Part shown: piece by piece, positions 49,478 to 62,800 of the stretch
How positions within the stretch are numbered: the stretch's first letter is position 1
Layout of the letters: each line of letters starts with the position of its first letter
Source: Octopus bimaculoides
Taxonomy: Eukaryota
Assembly (NCBI RefSeq): GCF_001194135.2
Contig: NC_068982.1
Location: 146,278,336 to 146,341,169 of the forward strand
Direction: 5' to 3'
DNA: 62,834 nucleotides
Position numbers and translations under genes: made by a program
The notes under the pieces: generated by a model
Told to the model about the DNA's origin: nothing
The model's database searches: none
What the model saw: the letters and a program-made list of their open reading frames with translations, nothing else

Positions 49478-49616
49478 CTGTCTATTTATTTATTTATTTA
49501 TTTATTCATTCATTTATTGGCCGTTTCTTATCACCCTTTCCCACTTCAATTTCACGCATACTTTCCTACACACTTTTTCTCTCCAAGTAACTTTCATCCT
49601 TTCTTCGGCACATAAA

Positions 49617-52600
49617 ATGCCACCGAAAAAGAGAAGGCGCCTCAGTCGCCATACCGCTTCAGCACTGGCGCTAAGGGCGATTAGAGCAAACGAGTCCTCA
49701 GAGCAAACTGCTTCTAGACTTTCACATGCCGCCTTATGTTCAGCGAAATGCCGAGCTGCTGAAAGTTTGCAACAATGCACGTTACGCCTAGCCAAAATGG
49801 CTTCATACACTGCTACTTCCAGAACTACAGAGGGCCCGGAAAAAACGGCGACGCGCCTGGCTACAAACGCTGCTGCTACTGCTGCTTCCAGGGCTTCGGA
49901 GGGTCAGCAAAAAACAGCCAATCGACTGACTAAAAACCCTGCGGTTACTGCTGCTTCCAGGGCTTCGGAGAGCCAGCAACAAACGGCCAATCGACTGACT
50001 AAAAACGCTGCGGCTACTGCTGCTTCAAGGTCTTCCAAACGTTTGGAACAACGGGCGACTCGCCTTGCTACGAACGCTGCCGCTATCACTGCTTCCATGG
50101 CTTATGAAGATGCAGGTGGCCACTCCATTACCATTGCAAATGTCGCTTCTGCTACTGCTACCGCACCTTCCCACGACCAACGTCCTACATTGCAGCAGAA
50201 CAGTCGACGACGACATCCTGCCTACAGTGTGACGACTCCCAACAGCCATTACTGGCACCTACGCGCTTTCAACTATGAGCCAAACTTTCATTACTCCAGC
50301 CGCGCTGACATAAATATTGGAGAAATGTGCTCTAATTGCCAATTCTGCAATGCTAAAATGTGGGCTGCTGAGCCACCTGGAATGTGCTGCTTAAACGGTA
50401 AGGTCAGATTGCCCCCTCTTCCCCAACCGCCACAGCCTTTGAAGGAACTACTTACTGGTTCTACCTCAAGTTCATCCAAATTCCTTCAAATCATCAGGAA
50501 TTACAATTATGCGTTTCAGATGACTTCTTTTGGGGCTAATGTTGTCACAGACAGTGGTTGGATGCCTACTTTCAAGGTCCAGGGACAGGTGTACCATCTC
50601 ATTGGGTCGCTCCACCCACTACCAAATTGCAAGCCGTCATTCCTCCAAATTTATTTCATTTCAAATTACAATAGGCAACTTGATGTGCGATTTGGCATTA
50701 TTCCACCACCTGCAAACACTGGTGCTGACACTTTTGACAGGGATGTGATGCTCAGTCTGCAAAACATGCTTCATCAGCACAACAGCTATATTCGCAGCTT
50801 CAAATATGCCTTACAAACAGCCCCTTCACCAAAATTCACTATTGTCATAGATGCTGATAAAAGACCTTCTGGAGAGCACGCACAACGTTATAACGCTCCT
50901 TCGTGCAATGATGTCGCTGTACTTCTCCACGGTGAACAGCACAATAACCGAGTCATAGTTATTCATAGCCGTGACAGAGGTCTCCAACGTATTACTGAGA
51001 CACATCGTTCATACGATGCCCTGCAGTATCCCATTCTTTTTCCATACGGGGAAGGCGGGTACCATTTTGGCATTCCTCAGCGAAAACCAAACGAGCCCAC
51101 TGCTGCGACATCCAAAACTGCTTCATGTATGGATTTCTATTCGTACCGCTTCATGACGAGGCCTAATGATTTTAGCACCCTGCACAGGTCACGGGAACTG
51201 TTTCACCAGTTTGCAGTTGATATGGCTGCAAAGATGGAGTCGGAGAGACTGTGCTTCATTAGATTGAATCAGAAGAAGCTGCGATCAGACTCCTACATCC
51301 ATTTGCGTGATGGCATCAATAATGACGCTGACCCAAGGAACATCAGCAAAATATGCATTCTCCCCTCAACATATACAGGGGAGCCACGATACATGCACGA
51401 GCGAAGACAAGACGATATGACTTTCGTTCGGCACTATGGACGCCCTGATTTATTCATCACATTTACATGTAACCCGAAGTGGGTTGAGGTAACACGGGAA
51501 CTTCTCCCACACCAGCAGTACTGCCATCGGCATGATCTTATTGCCAGGGTTTTCAAGCAGAAGCTGACTAGGCTAATTGATTTAATAAAAAAAGGGCAGG
51601 TGTTTGGCCCTGTTAAGTGTCACATGTATACTGTTGAGTGGCAGAAGAGAGGGTTGCCACACGCACACATTTTGGTTTGGTTGGTCACCAAAATAGACCC
51701 TACACTTATAGATGAAATCATCAAAGCAGAAATCCCTAATCCCACTGTTGACCGACAGCTGTACGACATTGTCAAGGCACACATGGTACATGGTCCGTGC
51801 GCTCCCGGTTTTCAAAAATTCTCCTCATGCCACAAAGACCATGTGTGCACTAAACGATACCCAAAGAGTTTCGTGGACGAGACCCAGACCGCTGGTGATG
51901 GATATCCACTGTACAGACGAAGGCGGCCTGAGAATGGGGGATTCACTATAACCTTACGGGGTCATCAAGTTGATAATAGATGGGTGGTCCCATACTGTCC
52001 ATTACTGATGACAATTTTCAACGCTCATATAAATGTGGAGTTCTGTCATTCAGTAAAATCAATTAAGTACATATGTAAATATGTTAACAAGGGTTCGGAC
52101 GCTGCCATGTTCGGCCTTCAAAAGGACAATAGCATGGACGANNNNNNNNNNNNNNNNNNNNNNNNNNNNNNNNNNNNNNNNNNNNNNNNNNNNNNNNNNN
52201 NNNNNNNNNNNNNNNNNNNNNNNNNNNNNNNNNNNNNNNNNNNNNNNNNNNNNNNNNNNNNNNNNNNNNNNNNNNNNNNNNNNNNNNNNNNNNNNNNNNN
52301 NNNNNNNNNNNNNNNNNNNNNNNNNNNNNNNNNNNNNNNNNNNNNNNNNNNNNNNNNNNNNNNNNNNNNNNNNNNNNNNNNNNNNNNNNNNNNNNNNNNN
52401 NNNNNNNNNNNNNNNNNNNNNNNNNNNNNNNNNNNNNNNNNNNNNNNNNNNNNNNNNNNNNNNNNNNNNNNNNNNNNNNATGGGCGGGAGTGCGTTGCCA
52501 GTGTATGGCCTACCTTCAACAAACCGGGAACGCCCAAACACACTGTCTTCCGATTTTCTGCGTGAGACATGTTATAATGTTGACGAAGTTGCCCAGTACA

Positions 52601-54012
52601 TAGCGAACAACGAGCCAAAGCTCCTTCCAGAACAGAAGTTCGCTTACAACTCCGTTATTAATTCTGTCCGGGACAAAGCTGGGGGGATTTTCTTCTTCGA
52701 CGCTCCTGCGGGAACTGGCAAAACTTTNNNNNNNNNNNNNNNNNNNNNNNNNNNNNNNNNNNNNNNNNNNNNNNNNNNNNNNNNNNNNNNNNNNNNNNNN
52801 NNNNNNNNNNNNNNNNNNNNNNNNNNNNNNNNNNNNNNNNNNNNNNNNNNNNNNNNNNNNNNNNNNNNNNNNNNNNNNNNNNNNNNNNNNNNNNNNNNNN
52901 NNNNNNNNNNNNNNNNNNNNNNNNNNNNNNNNNNNNNNNNNNNNNNNNNNNNNNNNNNNNNNNNNNNNNNNNNNNNNNNNNNNNNNNNNNNNNNNNNNNN
53001 NNNNNNNNNNNNNNNNNNNNNNNNNNNNNNNNNNNNNNNNNNNNNNNNNNNNNNNNNNNNNNNNNNNNNNNNNNNNNNNNNNNNNNNNNNNNNNNNNNNN
53101 NNNNNNNNNNNNNNNNNNNNNNNNNNNNNNNNNNNNNNNNNNNNNNNNNNNNNNNNNNNNNNNNNNNNNNNNNNNNNNNNNNNNNNNNNNNNNNNNNNNN
53201 NNNNNNNNNNNNNNNNNNNNNNNNNNNNNNNNNNNNNNNNNNNNNNNNNNNNNNNNNNNNNNNNNNNNNNNNNNNNNNNNNNNNNNNNNNNNNNNNNNNN
53301 NNNNNNNNNNNNNNNNNNNNNNNNNNNNNNNNNNNNNNNNNNNNNNNNNNNNNNNNNNNNNNNNNNNNNNNNNNNNNNNNNNNNNNNNNNNNNNNNNNNN
53401 NNNNNNNNNNNNNNNNNNNNNNNNNNNNNNNNNNNNNNNNNNNNNNNNNNNNNNNNNNNNNNNNNNNNNNNNNNNNNNNNNNNNNNNNNNNNNNNNNNNN
53501 NNNNNNNNNNNNNNNNNNNNNNNNNNNNNNNNNNNNNNNNNNNNNNNNNNNNNNNNNNNNNNNNNNNNNNNNNNNNNNNNNNNNNNNNNNNNNCAAACTT
53601 AAAGTTGGTGCCCCTATAATGCTCATTCGAAATTTGGTTCCGCCTAAACAATGCAACGGCACACGTTTAATCGTTAAGTCCTTATCTCCTAATCTGATTG
53701 AGGCCACGATAATCACAGGGTGTGGTCGAGGTAACGTTGTCCTCATACCCAGAATGCATCTTTTCCCATCAGCAGCAGACCTACCTTTCACATTTCGGAG
53801 GTCCCAGTTCCGAGTGAGGCCATGCTTCGCAATGTCAATTAACAAAGCACAGGGGCAAACACTGTCTGTCGCAGGAATGCATTTAGGGGAGCCGTGTTTC
53901 TCTCATGGTCAGCTTTACGTTAGCTGCTCGCGTGTGGGCAGCAAGAGTTATGCTTTTGCGTTCGTTCCACAAGGAAAAACAAAAAAACATTGTGTACAAG
54001 GAGGTTTTATAG
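49617..54012 (+). CDS. Helitron Rep/helicase (HUH Rep plus PIF1-family SF1 helicase), interrupted by two N-gaps
   Basis: Open for about 840 codons up to the first gap. Motifs: CxxC..CC knuckle, FITFTCNPKW, EWQKRGLPHAH, KYICKYVNKG, DAPAGTGKT (Walker A), CNGTRL, FAMSINKAQGQTL, FSHGQLYVSCSRV. One extra A near 53985 shifts the KNIVYKEVL* end. Confidence 0.93.
49692..50108 (+). repeat. Six 23-aa (69-bp) STPR-like repeats in the RepHel N-terminus
   Basis: E at aa 26, 49, 72, 95, 118, (K141) and 164; RL at fixed phase; units such as RLAKMASYTATSRTTE and EQRATRL. Confidence 0.8.
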
Positions 54013-55240
54013 GATTACTTCGATTCATAATTTTATTAATTTAAACAATTTTTTAAATGTCTTACTTTTCATCAGTAATTTCTAAGTAGGTGTAGGTTCA
54101 TATTCATTGCAGTGCACTTGACACTCCCAAATATCAGCTGTAAGAACGCTGATTCTCGCGGCATTACAAAACTTTATTATAAATCAGACCCTGCTCAAAA
54201 ATCATCTGTTGTTACTCACCAACACCCATTGAGCAGGCATCAGAGGACTATGGATAGCTTAGTATTTCAATTCTGTACAACTCTCAAAGAGTCAACAATG
54301 CTTTTATTGCGAGATTACATTTTTAACCGGTTCCCTCCAATTACTTCACACTTCACCAACACCTGCACTCCACTCAGTTCTATTTTGCTCACTTCGTCAG
54401 TACACCAGCCTCATCTTCTACATCCGATGTGCATGATACATCTCCTCCTTCCATCTCCTCTCTCACCATCACAGTTTACTACATTGGCAACATTATCGCA
54501 AGATACCATTTCAAAACCAAGCAACATATCATTTCATACAACAAATGTAATCATAACGACGATCAATGAAACAAATGCATTAAAATAATTACATGAAGAA
54601 GTAACTATCTCTTACACACCATTACAATTTACATAAAATAACAACACTTAAACAGTCGATAAAACTAAATACATGCATCCTCTCTCTCACCATTATATTT
54701 TACACCATTACATTTTACATCAAATACAAACTATTCTAAAGCAACAGGTCATTTTACACAACATCTTCATGAGACACGTGTTCTGATTCGTCTATTCAGC
54801 ACCACTACAGTCTTTCCCATCTGACATATGGTGAGTAGATGCTATTGTCGTATATTTTCAAACTTACCCGTATTTACTAACCCATGATTAATCTTCATCT
54901 TTCCTCCATAGGACATCTATTCTGTTTTCACAGACCATGAAGTTTTGTAACAGCACGTCCACTACCATTGATGGAAAAGGAAGATACCGTATTCACTTAC
55001 AAACGTTTTACACATCCTTACATGACTACCTAAGACATTGTTACAATTGTGAGAACAATAAAACAGCTTTTTCAGGGCCACCTCACATTCTATTGTTATC
55101 CACTTCTCAGAGTGCTGCAATGCTCTTAGCAAGGCTTTCTGTCCAGTTGCAAATCGATTGGTTGGTTTTCAACTTATAGCAATCATTCCCTCAATAATCA
55201 TAATTGAGTAGAATCATCAACAGTACTTTAAAACAATTAA

Positions 55241-55270
55241 GCCCCGAGCAACGCCGGGCACTTCTGCTAG
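55241..55270 (+). terminator. Helitron 3' hairpin and CTAG rolling-circle termination signal
   Basis: GC-rich hairpin 7 nt upstream of CTAG, followed by T. Confidence 0.9.
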
Positions 55271-55374
55271 TATATATATAAAATACAAATAATATGTGAG
55301 TATATGCATATATACGTACATGTATGTACATACCTACATCTACATGTATATATAGATACATATCTGGATACAGG

Positions 55375-55520
55375 ACGCGACAAAAAAACGTAGACAAAAT
55401 GAAAAACAAAAATATAAACAAAGCACGGAAAACAAACTTTTTTTCGGACAACGGTAGGAACACACGGGAAAACAGACAGGCCACATAGAGAACGTTTTCT
55501 TCATCAGCTGCCCCTTTTCT
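55375..55520 (-). mobile_element. Penelope-type terminal-repeat-like fragment with a degenerate hammerhead-like motif
   Basis: rc CUGAUGA A gaaaacg, a ~40-nt loop, cguugucc GAAA. Stems I and III are not recoverable. Confidence 0.4.
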
Positions 55521-55536
55521 AAACTAAGCGTTAGTT

Positions 55537-55572
<36 letters not shown>

Positions 55573-55580
55573 CACGTTTT

Positions 55581-55951
55581 TTGGTAAGACTTTTGCTTCC
55601 TAACCACATAGTTGTGGGTTCAGTCCCACTGTGCGGCACCTTCGACAAGTGTCTTTTACTATAGCATCGAGCCGACCAAAGCCACATGTATATTTATGTA
55701 TGCATGTATGTATGTATGTATGTATGGATGGATGGATGGATGGATGGATGGATGAGCCTGTGTTTGTCCCTCCACCATCACTTGGCAACCGATGTTGGTA
55801 TGTTTACGTCCCTGTAACCTAGCGTTTCGGCAAAAGAGACCGATAGAATAATTACTTGGCTTACAAAGAGTAAGCCCTGGAATCGATTTGTTCGACTAAA
55901 GGCAGTGCTCCAGTATTGCCGCAGCCAAACGACTGAAATAATTAAAAGAAT
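55581..55951 (+). mobile_element. SINE family 2 copy with internal (ATGT)n(GGAT)n
   Basis: aaccacatagttgtgggttcagtcccactgtgcggcaccttcgacaagtgtc..aaccgatgttggtatgtttacgtcc..gtgctccagtattgccgcagcc. Confidence 0.9.
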
Positions 55952-58089
55952 AATATATATATATATATGTATATGTACCCACACACAGATATAAAGAGAG
56001 TGAGAGAGAAAGAATGAAAAAGAGATGAGAGAAAAAGTTTTGTGTGCATATTTAAAATTGTGAAGTATAGACATATTCACACTCGCATAGATATAAACAT
56101 ATACTCACGGACGCACGTACGCAACACACACACACACAATCACACATGCAGGTGTGTTTATACGTGTGCATGTATATGTATGCTTATGTACGTATGCATA
56201 TGAATATTTCCATACTCTGCATTTTAAATATGTGTATATTCAAATTTAGGCATAGAGACGTAATAGGCATATATAGGTGTTAAATATTAAACACATTTCT
56301 TTATGAAATATAATTTTGACCTTGTGCGTAAATAAATAATCAATATTCTGTGAAGCTGATATACCAAAATTTGTTGGTAGAATTTGTTAATCTGCATTTC
56401 ATTTAATATTGCTTATGCTTAATTTGATAAAACACCACACATGTCCATGAAATGTTATTTTCTTGACTGAAAATAATTACCTCAGCGCAATGTTGAGGTG
56501 AGAAATATAAGACACAATTTGTTTGAATTGTTACAAATTTCACATGATGCATTTATTCCAATAGCCACTGTAGTCAATAGATGCAAGTTAAGTCGATTCA
56601 ATGTTAGAGAGGCTGCCACTTGTCACAAGTTTCAATTGCCTTTCTAGTTTCAGGGTTCAAGTGTCGATATATTTCACCTCTAGTATTCGTGGCTCAGGAT
56701 GAATTCATTTACTAAGAATAAAAAAAGTCGATGAAAATTGGTTTGATATGTATTTAAGAAATTTGTTATGATAATCAGTCGGGTGGATCGATAGAAGAAT
56801 ATGCTCTAACATCGATACTGTATTTCGTATGTGAACATTAATATCCAATAAAGTTAAGTGTTTTTACTAATATGTACATTAATCAAATCACAAATTATGC
56901 AGTGTTTGAAGAACAAGAACTGAACTGTAGGAAGTTTTGGTTCACTTCTCAGGAACGCTACCAACACACTTGGACATGATATATACACGCAATTCCAATT
57001 CATGCGAAACATTGAATGTGAAGGATATTTTGAGATTTCTGGAGCGCTAACGTAATTTCAAAATATTTTCTTTCAAGAAGCAAGTTAGTCTTTTGTTTTA
57101 ATTTTCATTTGTGTAATGCCTTATATAAACACTGTATTATATTTTAAAATAATTTAAACCAGTATTACTTTATAAACAAGTACTTACATTCAGGTAGGCT
57201 ATAAATAATGTAATAGCCAAGTGTTTTAACACGCGAAAGTATTTCGTATTTGCGAATTATTGTCAATACAAAACATAATGAGAGTATCTCCGATTAAAAC
57301 ATACAGTTTTATCCTTACACAATATATCAGTGGGATGGCATCTTATGGAACATAAAATTGTCATTAATATAGTCAAGTTTTAGTTATTGTTCAACCTTTA
57401 CAAACTAATTCTAAATGATTTAATTAACCTAAGCATTGCCCACGAAAATACAACCCATTATTTTTATTTTAAAAAATCTATCCTTACAGTATAATCCTAT
57501 GAGATAATCATTCTCATTACCTTAATTAAGTTGACACTAACTTGTGTTGTATAAACATTATAGCGTGAAGAATACATTTTGATTTATGAGAATTCCTTTC
57601 TCTAAAACTTTCCAAATCGGTAATGTTTGATAAAATATTAAGATATATATATTTCCAGCCAGCTCTATTGAAGTAAACAACATCAATAAATTTCTAATGC
57701 ATTTAACGTTGATATTAACCAGAGTTCGCGTTCTTCGCACACTTTACGAAACTCAGTGTCTTCAAGTACAGTTTAAAAATATTATTCTGCCGACATTGAA
57801 GAAAGTACGTATTTTACATGCTAAAAAGTATAACTTTAAAATTACATGTTACGTTGATCTATATCAACAAGTGTCACTACTTGTCTGTCTGAAAGAACAA
57901 ATACACTTTCATAGAATTTCACTTAAGTTTGCTAGAAGAGATCCAGATGGCACTTGAATAATAAATGAACTGCAAAGTTCCGAGTCCAAAATATTTTTAA
58001 CAAAATCCAGTAACGTCGTATAGAGAGACGAAAAGTTCTATCGAAGTGGTAGTAAGCAGAAGCATTATGCTGTGTTACAGAAATGTTAA

Positions 58090-58405
58090 CTTTCAAAGTA
58101 AACAAAGAAAATAAAGGGGAGAAAAGAAAAGGAACTTCCCCGCAACAATGCTCTTCTCAATACGCGTGACGTACCAATTAAGACAATATTTTGCACCTCC
58201 TGTATTGATGGTAAGCCAGGGAACATTCTTAAATAATTTCAGTCCCTTTTTGATCATTCTAAGTGCTCCTACAATCACTGGTATTGTAACCGTCTTGAGG
58301 TGCGACATCTTTTCGATTTCGATGAGTAAATTTTTATATTTTCTGAGCTTATTAAATTATTTTGCCGAGATATTATGGTCACAGAGTATGCTCATGTCAT
58401 AGTGC
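58090..58405 (-). mobile_element. R4/Dong-like REL domain fragment
   Basis: DMSILCDHNISAK..KLRKYKNLLIEIEKMSHLKTVTIPVIVGALRMIKKG. Confidence 0.82.
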
Positions 58406-60032
58406 CGTTTTCTACCATTTGAATATCAAATGCTAGATACGTTGACATAACTTTACTATTCACTCACATCATCAACACATACACATCAGTGTGAGAAAAA
58501 TACCAACGAGAATATTTGGTGCATACTTGAATACTCTCAGTGGAACAACAACAGTTATAAGACAAAATTTACAGATTATACATATGATCTCTGCAATTAA
58601 GTTATTCTACAATAATCATAGGAGTATTAGATAAGCCAGAGAGAAAATGCAGCAAATCTTTTTTCAAATATCAACAACAATACTGAGAAGGTGAAAAGAC
58701 ACGTTAAATATTATAACCGTAAATGCATTTAAGAAATCAAGAGAGTCATGGTTTCAGTAACAAGTGTCCTTGCACTTACGTGTTATCGACCACACCATTT
58801 TCGTTGTAAACACTAACTACTGAATAGTACACACATGCTATATGCTTTGTTTTAATCTAGCATAGTGGAAGTGGGTTTATCGCTTTCGTCTCTATTCTTA
58901 CAATATGCCATTAGTATCATCATAGTAATAATAATAAATACCATCTGCGTTAGCATAAGGAACTTACAAATCAAGGAATCGCTGGGAGATCAGTGTAATA
59001 ATTTTGACGTTATGTGCTAATAAAATGAGGTTACATTTGCATTTCATCCATCACAATTAAATTATACCAAGCAGAGAGTTTCGTCTAAAATGTTGTGAGT
59101 TTCTATTGTATGAAATATATACACAAACCCACGCATCCAGTTTTATTTCCCACTTTCTTTTTCCCTCTTTATAGACAGTTGTTACATATCTCTCGAATAT
59201 AAACGTCTCATCATTTCAAAAGGACTGCAGTACTGTAATGATAGTGAATTTTTGTTATCCGAGCATAAAGATAATTTCGATATGTATTAAACAGGCGATG
59301 TGCAATCAATACAATGTATGGAACAAGTAGAATTTCGTTGAATCTCTACAGTACATCACATCGGAAATTTATTTCATGTGATGCGGGATTTTCGGAAATA
59401 GAAACATCAGCATTTTAATCATTCAGTGTGACAAATTCGTTACGCTAAGCAGAGAGATAGAGTTTAATTTTGTATTTTTAATGTCGTTTTAGTTCGTAGA
59501 TTCTGGTTATAATTCGGCACGAAAATAAGCTTATCTCTCAAAACTGCACACGGGTTGATAGGTCATTGGTTCTGTTAATAATACGTTGATTAAGACGGTG
59601 CCTCTTGTTGATGATTTTCCAATCGGATTGCATTTCCCAATTTGATTACATTTATCAAATTAAATCAATGTTTACATAATCAACTAAAATAGAAACATTT
59701 TGATAGAATAATAAAGCAATATGAAATAATTTTAAGTTATAATACTTATTCAATGAAACAATATAAACTCTTTGTGGTCTAACAACACAGTCTAAACGGC
59801 TATGTGAACGGTCTTAAACCAATATGATGTATTTTGATCTCAGAAGAAGTATGTTTAGATAATAGTGCAATATAATGCTGAGAAGAATGAGATTTTAATT
59901 TTTTTCTCGTCAGAGTGAAGAGATTTTTTTTTAAAAAAGGACAATGTATTACAATAACAATGTAGCCATGTCAGAAACAAGTGAATACATATAAACTAAT
60001 GTATGTATGTATGTATGTATATATACATACGC

Positions 60033-60095
<63 letters not shown>

Positions 60096-60689
60096 CCTGG
60101 CACACATACGCACGCACACACATAAACATACACATACACACCCCTCACATACATAAAACCACACACACACACACATACACACACACTTCTCACCAACACT
60201 ACACACTCACACAGACACGCATACAATCATACACACATGGGCATAAACAACACACGCATATACAATAGCAAACGCACGCACACACACGTACACAGCAACG
60301 CACATACACACAACATACACANNNNNNNNNNNNNNNNNNNNNNNNNNNNNNNNNNNNNNNNNNNNNNNNNNNNNNNNNNNNNNNNNNNNNNNNNNNNNNN
60401 NNNNNNNNNNNNNNNNNNNNNNNNNNNNNNNNNNNNNNNNNNNNNNNNNNNNNNNNNNNNNNNNNNNNNNNNNNNNNNNNNNNNNNNNNNNNNNNNNNNN
60501 NNNNNNNNNNNNNNNNNNNNNNNNNNNNNNNNNNNNNNNNNNNNNNNNNNNNNNNNNNNNNNNNNNNNNNNNNNNNNNNNNNNNNNNNNNNNNNNNNNNN
60601 NNNNNNNNNNNNNNNNNNNNNNNNNNNNNNNNNNNNNNNNNNNNNNNNNNNNNNNNNNNGATATTCATCTCCCTTTTTCACTCTCCTAT

Positions 60690-60930
60690 CTTAGAAAGAA
60701 CTTTTCCCCCACCACCTCCTCTTCCGGTCTTTTCATCATGTAACCTCGTGGGCATCGGTACCATTTTCCTCTTTCTCCGTTCTTCCATTCCCCGAACTTT
60801 CCATCTTTCCGACGAAGGGCTACGCCCGAAACGTCATACACTCTCTCTTTCCTTTCCTGAGCGTCCAATAATACTATCCATATCACGTCGTCACTTTGTT
60901 GTTTTTTTTGTTTTTTTGTTATTGTGTTTT
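60690..60930 (+). mobile_element. Penelope-type terminal-repeat fragment, family A
   Basis: Homologous to the rc of 9444-9632; carries a hammerhead. Confidence 0.65.
60804..60840 (+). ncRNA. Minimal hammerhead motif (U4C, stem I decayed)
   Basis: ucuuu CCGACGA A GGGC UAC GCCC GAAA C GUC auaca. Confidence 0.65.
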
Positions 60931-62204
60931 TGAACTATATATATATATATATATATAAAGTTTAAAGTAAACAGAAAATGGAGAAATATTCATTAACAAC
61001 AGCTATTATTAATTTTTAATTCAATACAAAAAGACTGCATCCCATCTAACAGCTGTTTCTGCTTCCAATGTTATATAGTATTGCCATTGATATGATAAAA
61101 AATAATATTCATCATATTTGGTAATAAAACCGATCTGGAACATGGAACTTCATCAGAGTGAAGAAAACTACATACGTAGTAGAAAAGAAGAGCTAGAGAG
61201 GAAAAGGCTGAATATGTTCAAATCATACCATTTTACTTGCGTGCCTCTTTGGAACGATGAGTAAATGACTAAACTCAAAATAATAATTGGTGGGTTTATT
61301 TTTCTATGGGCGTAAGCGGGTGGATAACTAATAAAAAAGTAGAAATAAAAAAAAATACGATAACGTGATACGCCAATAGGTTTAGTCAAAGAGGGAGTGA
61401 AGGTACCATAAAGTTTTGAAGTAAGCATAATAGTTTTAATAATTATGTTTATAGTTCTAATTAATAGTTTTTATCATAATAAAGTACTCAAAAATTATCT
61501 GCTTACTAATATGTGGTAAAGTTCAACCACCTATGCCTGTAATTGTATTAACCAAGGTCCTACGTTCGATATAATTGGTCGGTTAAATTTTTAAAAAAAA
61601 GCGAAAGCTATTAAGACGGGTTGATGTAAACAAATAAATAAATAAAAGTATGGAAAAGTGGTATATGTTGTAAGAGACCCAATAACGCTTAGTACATTAT
61701 ATATATATAAACAAGTACAATGCGAGGGAATGAACAATGCAGCAGTATCATTAAAACATAGAGCGGTATCTATTTGGGCAATTAGGAATTAAGGCAGTTG
61801 GGGAGTGGGAAAATGGTCCAAAAGCTTTATAAAATAGGAGTGTGAAATTAGTAGACAATGAAGGGAATTTATTCCGTAGGAAAAGAATTAGGGAGGGGGA
61901 TAAGGATGACAATTACCCTTAAGGGGAGATTCTGACTAGGGAATTGATCGAAATTGGGAGATTATAATACAAAGTCTAGCTTCTGAACTAACATCCACAG
62001 GAGCTAATCAGTGAGTTGACTAAACTATCAAACAGTTAATTGGCTAAACATTCCCTGAGTCAGCCAGCCTAATAGTCGTATGAATAAGTGTAAATATAAA
62101 CCCCTATGTTAATTAAATGATTACAAATTAATTACTTGCTAATTATTTTTCTTGTTACAGATGCAAATTCATGCTACAGTTTGCTCAATCATACTTAATA
62201 TACG

Positions 62205-62276
<72 letters not shown>

Positions 62277-62674
62277 TATTATCAATAATATTAATACGCT
62301 AACTTTTTGTTTTTGTACGTACCTGTTGTATGCGTCACACTTACTTCAAAGAAGTGGCAAAGCGAGAGAGAAGATGACAGAGAGGAAGTAAGGGAGAGAC
62401 AGAGTGAGAGAGAAAGTGAGAGAGAGAGAGAAAGAGAGAGAGAATGAAAGGGATAGTGAGTGGTGATGGCGTTCATCGCAAGAGAAGTAGATACATAGAT
62501 ACATATACACATTATTAAATCAAAAGCGGGAGAGAAGAGTGACACAAAGGAAGTGAAAGAGAAAGAGAGAAAAAGTGGGAGATACAGTAGAGGCATATAT
62601 CCAAAGCAAAGTTCATACATAGATACATACACATACCAAATACTGGATGTCACTTTCACTTTTCATTACCACAT

Positions 62675-62800
62675 GAGGATAAAATTAACTCACAAATGGC
62701 TGAGTACTCCACAGAAATTCATAACATTAACGTGGTTCCCAGGTCGATGCAGCCTCACACAGAACATGACAAGACTGGTCCCTTTGAATTACAGCTACAA
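62675..62800 (-). mobile_element. SINE family 3 3'-domain fragment
   Basis: aaattaac..tggctgagtactccacaga..ttaacgtggttc..gacaagactggtccctttgaattacag matches 13610-13715. Confidence 0.75.

Larger units (their letters stand above)
48152..55270 (+). mobile_element. Helitron, autonomous-type and young; 5' end probably inside gap 47983-48151
   Basis: RepHel ORF; 3' hairpin gccccgagcaacgccgggc (55241-55259) followed by CTAG (55267-55270) and T. Confidence 0.95.
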
